DNA of 64,000 bases from contig NC_091473.1 of NCBI RefSeq assembly GCF_036971445.1, positions 215,636,001 through 215,700,000 of the forward strand, read 5' to 3'. A program made the translations under genes and the position numbers. The notes under the pieces were generated by a model, which was not told the DNA's origin, made no database searches, and worked only from the letters and a program-made list of their open reading frames with translations. This DNA is from Narcine bancroftii. Taxonomy: Eukaryota. This document shows, one piece after another, positions 35,935 through 50,100 of the stretch. How positions within the stretch are numbered: position 1 is the first letter of the stretch; each line of letters begins with the position of its first letter.

Positions 35935-36500
35935 TCAGGGTTTGTTGTTTTAGGGCAGCAGGGTTGTGGAGAACAAGGTGCAAAATGACTATCAATTACA
36001 ATTTTGTAAATACAAAATTGTAAAAGAAATAATGAGAGCGAGAAAGAGGAAAAGTGAAGCCATGTGCACAGGATCTTGTCCATTCAGAAATATGATGGTG
36101 GGGGAGAAGCTGCTTTTGTAACATTGTGTGTGTGTGTGTGTCTTCAGACTCCTGCACCTCCTCCCAGTGAGAAAAGGGCAAGGCCTGGGTGGTGAGAGTC
36201 CTTGAAGATAGAAACTGCTTTCTTGAGGCACTGCCTCTTAAAGATGCCCTTAATGGAGTGAAGACTAATGCCCACGATGGTGCTGGTTGAGTTTACAACC
36301 CTCAGTCGCCTATTCCCGTCCTGTCCATTGGCACCTCAATACCAAACAGAATTTCTGTGGAAATTTGCAAGCGACTTTGGTGACATCACGAATCTCCACA
36401 AACTCCTCATGAAGTATAGTGGCTGTCGAGCCTTCTACATGATTGCATCGACATCATGGTTCAGGATGGATTTTCAGAGCACTTGACCCAGGAATATGAA
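35935..36500 (-). mobile_element. L2-like LINE 3' fragment
   Basis: GRRCRSLKT...SSFSPTII C-terminal remnant and tail. Confidence 0.55.
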
Positions 36501-36829
36501 GTTTCTTACCCTCTCCACATGCAGAAAGCAGCCAATGTCCATTGATCCAGTGGACTCTCTCTCCTTGGAACATAGCATCTTTCTGGATTCTAACCCTGTC
36601 AACCTATTATTTGCACCTTTCTGCATCATATTTATGAACTATCTAATAAATGCAGGAATGTTTTTCACATCACCCACTCTGTGTGAATGTCACTTCCACA
36701 TGTTCACCATTCCAAATGCTTAATCCCCTATTTATCAGGGTCGAGAGCTTTGGTGTTTGTCAACATGTTCCTTGCCTGAGAGGGTTTAATATGCCTATAC
36801 AGAGGAATCCTCACCCTGTAACATATGCT

Positions 36830-37405
36830 CTTCTAGCCATAGGATCATTGAATGCTACAGCACAGAAAACAGGCCATTCACCCCCTCTAGTCTGTGCTAA
36901 CCATCATCTCCCTCATTGCACTGATCTGCTCCCATTTCATAATCCTTCAGGTATCACCCATCCATAGACCTATTGAATTCATTCTTAAAACACACTATCA
37001 AGCTCGCATTCACCACATCAGTTGGCAGCTCATTCCACACTCCTACAACTCTATAAGTGAAGAACTTCCCCATTATGTTCCCCTAAACTTTTCCCCTTCA
37101 GCTTAAATCGATGATCTCTCATATTTATCTCCTCTAATCTGCGGAAAAAGCTTATTCACATCCACTCTGTCTATACCTCTCACAATATTGTAAACCTCTA
37201 TAAAATCTTCCCTCATTCCTTTTTTCTCCAAGGAATAAAGTCCTAGCCCATTTAATCTTTCCCTGAAACTCAACTCCTGAAGACCTGGCAACATCCTGGT
37301 AAATCTTCTCTGCACTCTTTCAATTTTATTGAGATCCTTCTTGTAGTTAGGTGCCCAGAAATGCACACAATATTCCAAGTCTGGTCTCACCAATGTCTGA
37401 AACAA
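36830..37405 (-). mobile_element. CR1 LINE 3' end
   Basis: LVRPDLEYCVHFWAP...ERVQRRFTRML. Confidence 0.85.
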
Positions 37406-39659
37406 CTTGGGTGAAATTGTTGGAACAAGTGAAAGGAAGCTCTCTCCAGATCAAATCTGTGTTCTTCCTGTCCTGGAGGATATGACCACATTCTGGTGGG
37501 AGATTTATTGACTGCCCCGTGGATGTTGTTGCTCCCATGTGACTCTGAGGTTGCACTGACTCACATTGAACATACAACACTGGAGAAGATTCAGGTCAGC
37601 TTTTCCACGCCATTGTTTAGTTTCCACACGAGCCTTCAGCCACCCCAACACCGTCCAACTGGGTCAACATCTCCGTCTATTCCCTTCCCACTCATTCACC
37701 TCTTTGGGAGAGTTCCACATTCTCCCTACTCTATCTCATTGAGATTATGATTTATCAAGAATGAGAGATTAATGACATTAGTCTCCATACCCCTGGAGAA
37801 TTAATTTTTTTTAACCTCCTCAATGTTAGCATCTTGAAGGTGGAAATAAGCATTAGACTCTAAACTTGTCTTTGTGAAGATTGTATGCAGGGTTAACATG
37901 AGTATCTAAACCTATCAGTTATCGACCGATAATGTCACTAATTGTTCCACGTTCACACAGAAAAGAGCCTCACTGTATTCAATCCACTGCATTGCAGCAT
38001 CAAAGAGATGGAGTCCCTGCTGGGAGGGTGTCAGGGCACTGAGTGGAAGGAGTGGAGAGACTGCTTTTGGTCTACAAGGTCCCCATAGGTTTTGAATTAA
38101 CCCTGGATCAAACTTCACCAACTCTCAGTGACAGCCTGTGGCTCATTTAAAGTTCAGTAGCCATTTGCTTTGAAGAGCTACAGATGTCTGAAACTCTGTG
38201 TTAATGTGAAGATGCAGTCCTTCTTCCACTTCCTCTCAGGTTGTACAGGCCGGTTTAATTTGAGCTGGGGGCCCTCCCATTGCAATCTTGTTACTAAAAT
38301 GAATAAGCCCACTGATTTGCATCTGGAAATACATTTCTGAGGTGGTTCTTTGCACCAACCAACAAGTTCATGTTTACCAAGCAGGATGGGACTGAAGGAA
38401 TCGAAACCAGTGACCGTGAGATACACACAGACCAAGACCCTCTTGTCATTTCAGGACAAGTGTCACTGGAAAGCAACAGGCTCAGAGTAATGGTGATTGA
38501 CTGTTCAGGATGGATTGATTCATTCATTATGGGAACGAGGTGTTTCGACACAGGGCACCCTGTGATTTTGGTTCTGAAGGAGTTGAGAGGTTCCCACCAA
38601 TCGTTTACTTTGTCTTCTTCCCACTGATCCAGAGATGCATCTGACGACAGATGTCGATCGCCATATAAATTAAGGGTCGTGACTGATTTAAAAGACCACA
38701 GGCCCCGAAGATGACAGGAATTAAGGTTGGACATTCAGTCAAGACACTATTTATTTTGTCTGAGGGTGAATGAAAGGATGAAGAGGTCTGCTTCTGGCAT
38801 CAAGAGAGTGATATGTGTATCATTGCATTCCAAAGGATGAGAGGTTACTTATTAGAGGTATTTAAGATTATTAGGGGCTGAGGTAGGGTGGATAGCCAGC
38901 ACCCAATATTAGGAAATACCAGAGATATCTGTTGAAGGTGAGAGGTGGAAAAGTTAGGGGTGATGTCAGAGGTAAGTTTTATGACACAGAGTGTGAGTGT
39001 CGAGGTTACATTGCCAGGGTTGGAGGTGGAGGCTGGTTCAAAAGGGACATTCAAAAGACTCTGAGATTGGCAATGGATGTAAGAAAAATAGAGGGTTATG
39101 GGTGTGAGGTCAGAAAAAAGATTGTTGTGGAGTAGGTCTATACAGGTTGGCACAACATAGTGGGCTGAAGGGCCTCTACATGTGCTGTAATGTTGTGTGT
39201 TCTGTCTGAACAGATCATACTGTCAGATTAAAACATTGCTTCCAAACAGCTTTTACCAGACTCTTCCTCACCTGATATCCCCCCTCCCTGCGCACCCCCT
39301 CCCCACTTCTTTGGTCTGGCATCTGGTTCACCCTCCTGTCAGTAACTTGTAATGACTCACCACTCTCTGCAAAGGCAAGTGGGAGCCGTTGCTTCAGTTG
39401 TCCAATGACTTTGCACTGTCACCGACCATGGACACAACCAGCCTCAGGTGTCCTTCATGATGAATGGGAGCTGAGTCACGAGGATTGCTCCTCTGATCTG
39501 AAATCCTTGCAGGATCTGCAGGCAATCATAGCCAAATCACAATGAACAAATGATATGATATTGAAGGAGAAGGTGAGGCTCTCAACACCTGTGAGCACAA
39601 TTTAGAAGGTTTTTTGATTTCAGAATGTTTCCCTTGCCAGTCCTTATTGTTACCCTCAT

Positions 39660-40650
39660 TGCAGCTTAGAGGTTTTAAGGGTTGGCACAGATTAGACTTT
39701 AAATGCTTTAAAGAACTATTTCTTCAAAATAAGTTTGTTTCTTTTGAATAATTAATGGTTAAATGTGAATGACCAAAATGCATTGTTTTTAGATATTTGC
39801 AGGTGAGTCATTTTGTTCAATCTCAGATCCCTGATTTTCCGCAATTCCCGAGGCAAATCCTCTTGATTTACTTTTTGGTTTACAACTTTCTCATAAAGAT
39901 TCACTATCTCTTATTTATAACAATTTGCATGATTTAAATGTGGCCTTGTTAGTTAAGATTAAGAGACACTGGAAAGAGGATTTGAATCTTTCAATCTCTG
40001 ATGAGCTCTCAGACTCTATTTGTTATCTGATTAATATGATCTCCCTTTGTGCACGACATTGCTTATTGCAATTTAAAGTGGTCCATAGGGTACATATGTT
40101 GAAAGTTAAATTGTCTCGTTTTTACTCTGATATACACATTCGATGTGACAAATGTAATTGTTGAGGCTTCTTTGATTCACATATTATGGACTTGCCCTGG
40201 TTTAGAGAAATATTTTCCAAACATCTTAAGGTTAAGTTGGAACCTTGCCCTTGAATTGCTCTTTTTGGATCATTTCAGGATGATGACGTTTTATTGACTT
40301 CAACTCAAAACCAAATTTTATCTTTTATTTCATTGATAGCGAGACGAGCAATTTTGATGAAATAAGATTCAAATACTAATTTCATACAGACATGAGGCCC
40401 ATTATGGGCCATTATCACACTCTGAGTTTGACGGTTCTCATCCCCTTCGATGCTGTGCTGTTTATTTCCAGGTTGTCGTCACTTGATATCCACACATTAG
40501 TTTTTTTTCCAACCTTGTATCGTGGTAGGGGCTTTGAATTAAGGGTTTTCTGCTTTCTTTTCATTTTATTACAATTTGTATTTCTTACAAAAATGTACTG
40601 TTTAACTCTGTTTTATTGTAAACCTCAATAAAAAGATCGAGAAAGGAACA
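39660..40650 (+). mobile_element. Old L1 3' fragment
   Basis: CARHCLLQFKVVHR...RCDKC zinc-knuckle region; AATAAA at the end. Confidence 0.7.
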
Positions 40651-40739
40651 AAAGAATTCATCATGTTTGTGCAAAAGGAGATGGAATGGAGAGACAAAGC
40701 AAAGGGAAGGCAACAGGGGAAGAAAGTGAGGGGTAGGGG

Positions 40740-42170
40740 AGAGGTTTAACAAAAGCCAGAGATGTCGAATCTGGTTGGAGGGTGCCCATTCAGAAGAAGT
40801 ATTGTTCCTCCAATTTGCACGTGGTCTTAGTCTGGCAGAGCACGAGACCACGGACACACACGTCAGCAAGGGAATGAGATAGATAATTGAAATGGGAGGC
40901 CACTGGGAGGACCACATTGTTGTGGCGGATGGAACCAAGGTGCTCAACAAAGCGATCTCCCAGTCTCTCCAATGTCGAGGAGACCACAACAGAAGCACCA
41001 GTTGCAGCAGATGACCCCTGCAGATTCACAAGTGAAATGCTACTTCACTTGGAAGGGCTGTTTGGGCCCTGAAAGGTGATGAGGAAGGTGTGGTCACAGA
41101 GGACTATCTCGTGCAGTCATAGGAGTTGGACCCAAAGGAATAATGTGTGGGAAGGGAGGAGTCGACAAGGGAGTGACAGAGGGAGTGGTCCCTGCAGAAG
41201 GCGGAGAAGGAAATATGTGTCTAGCGGTGGGATCACGAAATAGGTGGTAGAAATGGCAGAGGAGGATGTGTTGAATGTGAAGGCTGGTGGGGCAGTAGCT
41301 GAGGACAAGAGGAATCAGGTTATTGACTGGTGAATGTATACCCTGCTCTGTCAGTGAGTTACTGACTGACGAAAGGTTACCCTGCTCAGTCAGTGAGTTA
41401 CTGACTGGCGAAAGGATATCCTGCTCTGTCAGAGAGTTACTGACTGGTGAAAGGATACCCTGCTCTGTCAGTGAGTTAGTGATTGGTGAAAGGATACCGT
41501 GCTCTGTCAGTGAGTTACTCACTGGTGAAAGATACCCAATGCGGGTGGAGTGAAATGGAACGGAGAGGCAGACCTAAAGCAAGTGGGGGTTGGGGGTATG
41601 AGTTTTACCAAAAGCCATAAAAGCTGTTATTAATGCCATCTGGTTGGATGGTGCCCAGTTGGAAGATGAGGTGCTGTTCCTCCAGTGTGTGGTTGGTCTC
41701 AGTCTGGCAGTGCATGAAACCATGGGCACACATTTAGCAAGTGAATGGGATGGAGAATTGAAATCGGAGCCACTGGGAGATCCACGCTATTGCAGCAGAC
41801 AGAGCCAAGTTCTTTACAAAGCGACCTCCCAGTCTGCGTCCAGTCTCTCCAATGTAGAGGGGACCACAATAGGAGCACTGAATGCAGTACGTCACCACTG
41901 AAAATACAGAAGTAAATTTGCTTCACTTGGAAGGACTGTTTGGGGCCCTGAATGGTGGTGAGAGGTGGTTTGGGCACAAGTGGAGCATCACCTGTGGTCA
42001 CTGGGGTAGGTCCCAAACAGATAATTGGTGGGGAAGGAGGTAGCAGAGAGTCACGGAGGGAGTGGTCCCTGTGGAAGGCAGAGAGGGGAGGAGAGGGGAA
42101 TACGTGTCTAGTAGTGGGATCATGAGGTATGTGGCGGAAATGGCGGAGGAGGATGTGTTGGATGTGGGCG
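40740..42170 (-). mobile_element. Two Penelope-like (GIY-YIG) fragments
   Basis: RLGDRFVEHL..VASHFN..CKLEEQY motif; TTIQGPKQSFQV. Confidence 0.7.
41322..41535. repeat. 39-bp minisatellite, ~5.5 copies
   Basis: CTGACTGGTGAAAGGATACCCTGCTCTGTCAGTGAGTTA repeated. Confidence 0.9.
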
Positions 42171-42669
42171 CTGGCACCATTCGGGAAAATGACTTTTGGT
42201 TACCGGGATTGGTTAAAGTGCTGATGGCTAGTGAGTCTCCTGGGGAGCTTCAGACACTGATAGCTTCCCCACACTTCAGGATTCAGAACCACGGGTCACA
42301 GAGATACAGCTTGGATGCCTTGAGCTGGGGCTTATTACTGAACAGGGCAGAGTCCATGGGGTTACTAAGCTCACAGAGGCCGAGAGGAAGCAGGATCGGA
42401 GGAGGTGGAGAGATCCAAGGACCCCCAATGCCTCAAAAGGGACTCTCTTTTGCCCCTCTTTCTTGACTGGATTGTGGCCCTGCATTGATGGCTCTTCAGT
42501 GTGTGCTTTGACAGGGCAAACAAAGGAAAGAGTTTTCTGTGTTTGTGGACATGACAATCAATGGAATGTTATTCTGGAATTTGGATTTGATGGACAGAGG
42601 AGGAGCAGGGAATTGTTTCACCAGTTTGTACCTCAATGACAGGGCACATCCTCACAACAGGAGATAGAG

Positions 42670-44015
42670 TGGGATTAAGATAGAACAAGATAAAATAGGA
42701 GTAAAGGTACTGTAACGTTTACTTTATAAATGGAATGAAAAGGTGGTGCAATATAACAACTCACCAGTATTGCATTATTTACTTAACATATGGAAGAAGA
42801 TGCACGTAGAAAGGAAATTAAATTATCAAACACCAAAAAAGCTTTTGACGCAAAATCCACTAATCCCTTTTACAATAGACAACCTATATTTTTTAAGAGA
42901 ATGGGATTGAAAAGGAATCAAGAGAATAGAAATTTGGTTTTTTTGGAAATAATTTATTAAGATTTGAACAGTTGAATGAGAAATACGGAATAACTGACGG
43001 TCCAATGTTTGCATACCACCAATTAAAAGCTTAATTAAAGGACGAATTGGAAAGCAGATTGAGACTACCGGAAGGAAGCAGTTTTGAGTATGTAATTACA
43101 GACACAATGATAATTAAAAGATTTATAACAAACATGTACATTAAGCTGCAAGGCAAGGAAAATGATGAAATAAGGTACAAACCTAAACAAAGTTGGGAAA
43201 AGGACTTAAACAAAGATAAAGAACAAACATGGGAAAAGTTATGTTCTGGAATTATGAAGAACACAATAAACATAAGGCTACGTATGATACAATATAATTG
43301 GTTACACAGGCTATATATCACCCCTTAAAAATTAAGAGAATGGGACCCAAAAATATCGGATAGATGCTTTCACTGTAAAAATGAAATTGGAACAACAATA
43401 CACGCAATTTGGGCATGCGCAAGACTGAATATATTTTGGGAAGAACTAAATCAGATATAAAATAAAACACCAAAAGCAACATACCAAAAAATCCAGAAAT
43501 TTGTCTTTTAAATAACATAATAAGTAAAGATCTCGGACTCAAATTGGATAGAACACAAAAAAGATTCATTATGATCGACTTAGCAGTAGCAAAAAAAATA
43601 CATAATTTCAATTTGGAAAACGAAAGAGAGCCTGAAAATACAATGGTACATGGAAATGAATAAGTGTATCTCATTGGATAAAATTACATGTAATTTAAAA
43701 GACAACATTACATTGTTTAAACAAATCTGGGAACCATACATGAAATATAACAGAAAGAGCTGGCCTTGGACCTCCATCTCCTAAAACGATAAGATGATAA
43801 ACACGATCAGATTTAATGTGTAAATGTAGATGACCCATCTTTCTTGTTTGTTTTTCTTTTGTGTGAAGATGTTGTTTTATTGTATTTTATATGTTTAATA
43901 TTTATTGGTTTTGGAGGGGGAGAAAAGAGAGAAAATGTCATTGTGCATATTTAATGAGAAAGATTTGTACATAGTTGAAAAGGTTCATCGTGCAATAAAT
44001 AAAGATTACAAAAAA
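42670..44015 (+). mobile_element. 5'-truncated L1 (same family as the 26.6-kb element)
   Basis: LRLPEGSSFEYVITDT, RLRMIQYNWLHRLYITP; A-rich tail. Confidence 0.85.
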
Positions 44016-44442
44016 CAACAGGAGATAGAGGACGTTTGACACAAACTTTGCCATTTTGGTTTCTTGGTTTTTGTCAAACCCATCCATTTTCCCTCTCTCT
44101 CACTCAAGATTAGAATTCCATTTGTGGTCACAAACAAAAAAAAGCACAAAAATCTCTCTTTATCTCTTCTTGTCTCCATCTCAGTTCTTGAAATTTCATT
44201 TCAATCTCTTCCTTGGTATTTCTTTTTGTCTTTCTCACTCTCCTTCAGTTTGAGCTCCTGTCTGAGCGGTGACATATATCCATTCTCGTTTGCCTCCCAG
44301 TGCAACAAGTCTACAGAAGATGCCATCTCACTGGCTCGACACAAAACCCTGGAACACATGGACAGCAAAGATACATGAATCAGGATGCAATTTATTGACT
44401 ATAGTTTGGCATTCAACACCATAATTCCCTCCAAACTAATCA

Positions 44443-44642
44443 NNNNNNNNNNNNNNNNNNNNNNNNNNNNNNNNNNNNNNNNNNNNNNNNNNNNNNNNNN
44501 NNNNNNNNNNNNNNNNNNNNNNNNNNNNNNNNNNNNNNNNNNNNNNNNNNNNNNNNNNNNNNNNNNNNNNNNNNNNNNNNNNNNNNNNNNNNNNNNNNNN
44601 NNNNNNNNNNNNNNNNNNNNNNNNNNNNNNNNNNNNNNNNNN
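44443..44642. other. Assembly gap (200 N)
   Basis: Run of N. Confidence 0.99.
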
Positions 44643-45289
44643 TCTCATTGACATTGGCCACGCTGGTCAATTGTGTGGTACAGGAAGTGTATGGTCTACT
44701 TGGGTTCATAGGGTATAAAACTAGAAGGTTTACTCTGGGAGCACTGAGTGCAGTTCTAATCACCCCATTACAGGAAGAACATGAAGGGTTTGGAAAGAGA
44801 ACATAAGATGTTGCCTGGTTTGGAGGGGAGTGAGTTGTGGGTGAGAGAGTGGACAAACTCTCTGAGGGTTGTGTTTTCTCTGGAGCTTTGGAGGGTGAGA
44901 GGAGACCTGATAGAAGATCATTAATCTGAGTTGCAATGATAGGGTGGACGGTCAGATCCTTTTCCCAGGGTACAAGCCACCCACATGAGGGGATGTACGA
45001 GGCAGGTGTTCTCTCTGGCCTAACTGCAGGCGGGTGGATTAATTCAGAATGGTGATGCACACCTCCATTGTCTTGTATGTGTTTCTCCGGCCTCTCTCCA
45101 GAATCTTGTCTCTTTTTTTTAAATCAGGGTGACTTCAAACAAAAGTCTTCGTTTGTTGTTTGAATCATTTGCTGGATTCCTTTCAACGTGAAGAACTAAA
45201 GTAACATCAACTTTTATTGTCTGAGAGAACTGCAGATTTTTGTTTTTTTTAAAGTATCATGTTTGTTGTTACATCTATTTTAAAGTATA

Positions 45290-45575
45290 TGAAAGGAGAG
45301 CTTCTTCCAGGTCTGACCCGCCCCCCAGGAGTGTGTGACAGGATGATGAAGAGGGAGCTTTTCCCTGGGTCTGACCCATGCCCTGGGAGTGTGTAATGAG
45401 AAGGTGCAGAGGGAGCTTCCCCCGGGTCTGACCTGCGCCCTGGGAGAGTGGGATGGGTCGATGTAGAAGGAGCTTCACTCTTGGTCTGTCCTGTGTCCTG
45501 GGAGTGTTGTGATGGGTCAGTGCAGAGGGAGCTTCCCAGGTCTGACCATGCCCCAGGTATGTGTGATGGGACAAA
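45290..45575. repeat. ~60-bp tandem repeat
   Basis: GAGGGAGCTT..GGTCTGACC..CCTGGGAGTGTGTGATGGG units, about 5 copies. Confidence 0.75.
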
Positions 45576-46654
45576 CTCTTGGGGAGTTTCTGGGAATCAG
45601 GTTTGAGAGTTGAGTTTACTCTGGAACCAGTTTGAGAATGTCCTGTGGTTTCCTGTGACCACCAGCTGTTCCTGGTCAGCTGCGAGGTACATCATTTTGG
45701 AGGCTGCTTTGAATCCTGTCTCTGCTCTCTGAACACCCTTGTCCTGCAGTGATAAACTATTAAAGTGAGCTGGGGCTCTCTCAATGTAGTCTGTGTTCTG
45801 TCTTAACCTGTGGGCCCCTTTCCCAGCCACCTCCATTTGGGGGACAGCGGGGAAGGGACTGAACAAGTAACGGCCCCCCCCTCTCCTCTCCATACCCCAC
45901 ACCAGCAGCAGGCTTATGACTTGCTTGAACCTGAATTCTTAGTGACCTGAGACAGAGAGGGATGGAGGAGAGGGAACAGCAGGGGAGGGTGATGTTTCTC
46001 TCTGGAAATTTGGGACCAAGCTGAAGTCTTAGGCCAATGTCCGACAGCTGAGGGACATCCCACAAGCCACCATGTCCTACAAGATAAAACATAGAAGAGC
46101 TCCTCACTGAGATGCATCTCTCCCGGACGAGCTCAATATCACTCTGCTCCCTTTGAAAGGGAAAACAATGAGGGACAATCGCAGCCACCATAGCCCCCAG
46201 CGTCTCTGCTCTCAGTCTCTGAGGCCGACATGTACAGAACTTTCTGGAAGGTGGATCCTCGGAAAGCGTTTGGCCTAGACAGTGTGCCTGACCATTTGCT
46301 TAAAACCTGTGCCGGATCAACTGGCCGAATTCATTGTGGGTAAGTTCAAACTCTCGCTAAAACAGTCAGAGGTCCCCAATTGCTTCAGAAGGACTTCCAT
46401 CACTCTTGTGACAACAGACATCAGCCTCTTGACCCTCCCTGATCAATCTACCCTGACCATAAACCACCCTGGGTCCTCCAAAAGCTTCATCTACACTACT
46501 GAAAGGTTACCTTTTTCTTGCACTTACTGCAATGATGAATATTATCCATCTCTCCTTTTGTATCCATGTTTTCTATTTCTGTCGGCTCATTGTTATGCAG
46601 ATGTTGCTAGTGTGTACCTACAGAAAGGAAAAAATTCAGTACATTTGAGAGGAC

Positions 46655-49600
46655 CATAGAACATTACAGTACAGGCCTTTCGACCCTTGAGGTTGTGCTG
46701 ACCCATATATTCCTTTAAAAAGAGTACTAAACCCTCTCTACCTCGTAACCCCTCTTTTTCTTCCATGTGCCTGTCCAAGAGGCTCATAAATGCCCCTAAT
46801 GTTCCAGCCTCCACCACCATCCCTTGCAAGGCACTCCAGGCCTCTCAGTTCTGTTGGTGCAGGGGGGGTGGGGGGGGGGTGGAGGAAAACTTAGCCTGAT
46901 GTCTCCCCTAAACTCCCTTCTCTTAACTTTGTACACATGTCCTCTGATGTTTGCTGGTCCTGGCCTGGGAAACAGGTGCTAGTTCTCCACCTTATCTATA
47001 CCTTTCATAATTTTGAAGACCTCTATTAAGTCTCCTTTCATCCTTCTTTGCTCATAAAACCTGGTTTCCCAATCCAGGCAACATCCTGCTAAATCTTCTC
47101 TGCACCTCTATAACTTCCACATTGCCTTCCTGTGATGAGGTGAACACAGTAGTCTAAGCGTGGTCTCACCAGATATTTTGTAGAGTTGAAACATGACCTC
47201 TCTACTGAACTCAATCACCCTATTATTTTTTTTATTTTTCACACTATGAACCATACTGACCAAAAAACACAAACATTTCCCTCTTGAATATACTCATTAA
47301 ACTATGTCATCACACAATGAAAATTGTGTCATCTACTTTTACATACTGGTCAGTTCATTTCGTTTTCTCCTTCTGTTATTTTAGGTGGTGGAGGTCCGCG
47401 GTAGGACTTCTCTGTTGTGTTCCATGTACGTATTGAATCCCAGCATCTTATGGGCCTTCTTAACTATCCTATCAACCTGTGCAGGACTTGAGGGACGAAT
47501 GATTTGCATCAAGGTCCCCCTGTTCATACACACTTAAGTAACTGACCATTAACCCTGTACTCAGCCTTCTGGTTTGAACTTCCAAAATGCATCACTTCAC
47601 ACTTATCCAGATTGAACGCCATCTACCACTTTTCTGCCCAATTCTGCATCTTGTCTATATCCTCTTGTAGCCTTCGATAACCTTCACCTCCATCCACAAC
47701 TCCAAGCTTTGTGTCATCCGCAAACACTGACCCCATCTGCCTTTTCATCCAGGTCATTTATAAAAAAATCACAGAGTAGGGGTCCCAGAACAGATCCTTG
47801 CAGCCCCTCCACTAGTCATCAACCTCCAGGAAGAAACCTTTCTGCTTTCTTGCAAGCTATTATTTTTATCCACACAACCAAGGTTCCCCTGAACCCATCT
47901 CATGATTTTCTGAGCAAGTCTGTCATGGTGGACCTTGTCAAGTGCCTCACTAAAATCCATATAAACCATATCTACCAACCTACCCTCATCAATTTTCTTT
48001 TGTTACCTCCACACAAATCTCAATTAGGCTTGTGAGGCCATGCTGAGTATCCTTGATTAGACTGTACTTCAAATTATCATAGACCCTATCCATAAGAATT
48101 CTCTCCAATAGTTTACACACCACTGACACAAGACTCACTGGTCTATAATTTCCAGGATTCTCCCTATTACTAACCTCTGTCTCCAGGCAAATGTTGCCTC
48201 CTTATCCTTTGGCGGCCCCACCTTAATTTTCATCATCCTTCTGTTCTTCACATATGCATAAGAATGCCTGGGGGGGGGGGGGGGGGTTCTCCTTAATCCT
48301 ACTTGCCAAGGCCTTCTCAAGCCCTCTTTGAGCTCTCCTGTCCTCTTAAGCTCCTTCCTGGTTACCATATACTTCTCATGAGCCCTTCCCATTTCCTCCT
48401 ACATCTAATGTATGTTTCCTTCCTCTTGAGGAACTGCCTCACCTGTTTTGTCAACCACTGTTTCCTTTTCCTGCCATCTTCCCTATCCTGAACCCAACAC
48501 ATGGTCCCTAAACTTCCTCCACGTTACTTCTTTGCTTTCACCCTTAAACATATTTCCAATTTACTCTCTCGTGTTCCTGCTTCATCCCATCAAAATTAGC
48601 CTTCCCCAGTTAAACACATCTCCATTTTGTCTGCTTTTATCTTTATCCTGCTAAAGCTCAGGGAATTGTAGACACTCTCACCAAAATACCCTCCCACTGA
48701 GACATCCACCACCCAACCAGGTTAATTCCCCAGTACCCAGATCCAGTATGGCCTCTCCTCCAGTTGGCTGGTCCACATGTGTCAGGAATCCTTGCACCCA
48801 CCTGACAAATTCATCCCCATCTGTCCTTCTTTCAGTCGGGAGGTGTCAGACAATATTAGGGGAAGTTGAAGGCTCCCATAACAACAGCCCTGTAATTTCT
48901 GCTCCACTCCAACGTTTCTCTGATTACTACTTGCTCCTCGGTGTCCAGAGGACTTTTTGGGGGCCTATAGACTATTCCCAGCACAGTGCTGGCCCCCTTC
49001 CTATTTCTGAGTTCTATCCACATCAACTCAGTGGACCACTTCTGCAACATCCTCCCTGTTTATTGCCATGATACTCCCACCCCATAAAAACCCTCTCTTA
49101 CCTCCCATCCTATTCCTCATTAAACACCTAAACACTGGTTCCTGTCAATCCTGCCCTTCCTCCAGCCAAGTCTCTGTAACAGCCACATCATCATAGTTCC
49201 ACATGCTGATCCATCGTCTCCTTTATCCTTGTTAAAATGGACACATTTCAAACCTTTTAACGATTACATTTTTGTTCCCCTCCTGTACTTCCTCAAACTC
49301 AATACACATAGCATCATGCTTTTGACTGCCTGCCCTATTCTCTGCCCTCACATTCTGGTTCCCATCACCCTGCCAAACTGGTTTAAACCCTCCCCAACAG
49401 CACCAGCAAATATGCCCGCTAGGATACTGGACCCCCTTCAGTTCAGATGGAGCCCCATCCTTTTAGTGCAGGTCAGACCTTCCCCAGAAGAGATCCCAAA
49501 GATCCACAAATCTGAACCTCTGCTCCTTGCACCAACTCTTCATCTACTACATCTTCCAATTGCTACCCTCTCTGGCGTGTGGCACAGGCAACAATCCTTG

Positions 49601-50100
49601 AGGTCCGGCTTTTTAATCTCTCCTAACTTGCTATATTCCCTACTATCGAAGTGGCCACGACATCTTGCTGCTCACCCTCCCCCTTCAGAATGCTGTGCAC
49701 TCGATCAGAGACATCCTGACTCTGACATCTGGGTGGCAACAGACCATCTGGGTTCCTCGATCTCATTCATAGAATCTCCTATTCGCCTAACCAATTAATC
49801 CCCAATTACCTCTTCTCCCTGCTTCCCCTCTGAGCTGAAGGCCCAGTATCTGTGCCAGGGAAATGGTCATGATGATCTGTCCGAAGTAGATCACCCCACC
49901 CTCACCCCAATGTATCGAAAACTACTTACTGTTGAGGTGACACCCTGCTACTTACCTCCTAACTTGGGGGTGACTGTCTCCCTGAAGGTCCTCTCTATCA
50001 TTGGCCTCTACCTCCCCAATGATCCGGAGTTCATTCAATTCCAATTCCCTAACTTGGTTTCCCAGAAGCTGCAGCTGGATTAACCTTTTGCAGGTTTCCC
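46655..50100 (-). mobile_element. Decayed CR1 LINE (with a small L1 tail inserted at ~47225-47430)
   Basis: YMDFSEALDKV, VYRPP, MGAFNFP remnants; 3' tail at 46655. Confidence 0.8.

Larger units (their letters stand above)
33356..38759 (-). pseudogene. Degraded LRR-ZU5-UPA-death domain (PIDD1/DTHD1-like) pseudogene candidate
   Basis: Ordered remnants: LRR-like LRGLWSFKSVTTLNLYGD, SIPSVPSCLVNMNLLVGAKNHL, VEQLVTLSVDN; ZU5-like FSSVWKGLSYTAWIGGAEGAAVL..LEVIF..EMQ and VLPLPGMITV..LTLIHW; DD-like FL*EMAVGLNLRW..MLLDVWK..TILTVLEKDGLINV. Stops, frameshifts and TE insertions throughout. Confidence 0.38.

Noticed and set aside
41322-41535. CRISPR-like appearance of regular repeats (also 10720-11155 and 45290-45575)
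   Set aside because: Head-to-tail repeats without unique spacers, in vertebrate DNA with no cas genes.
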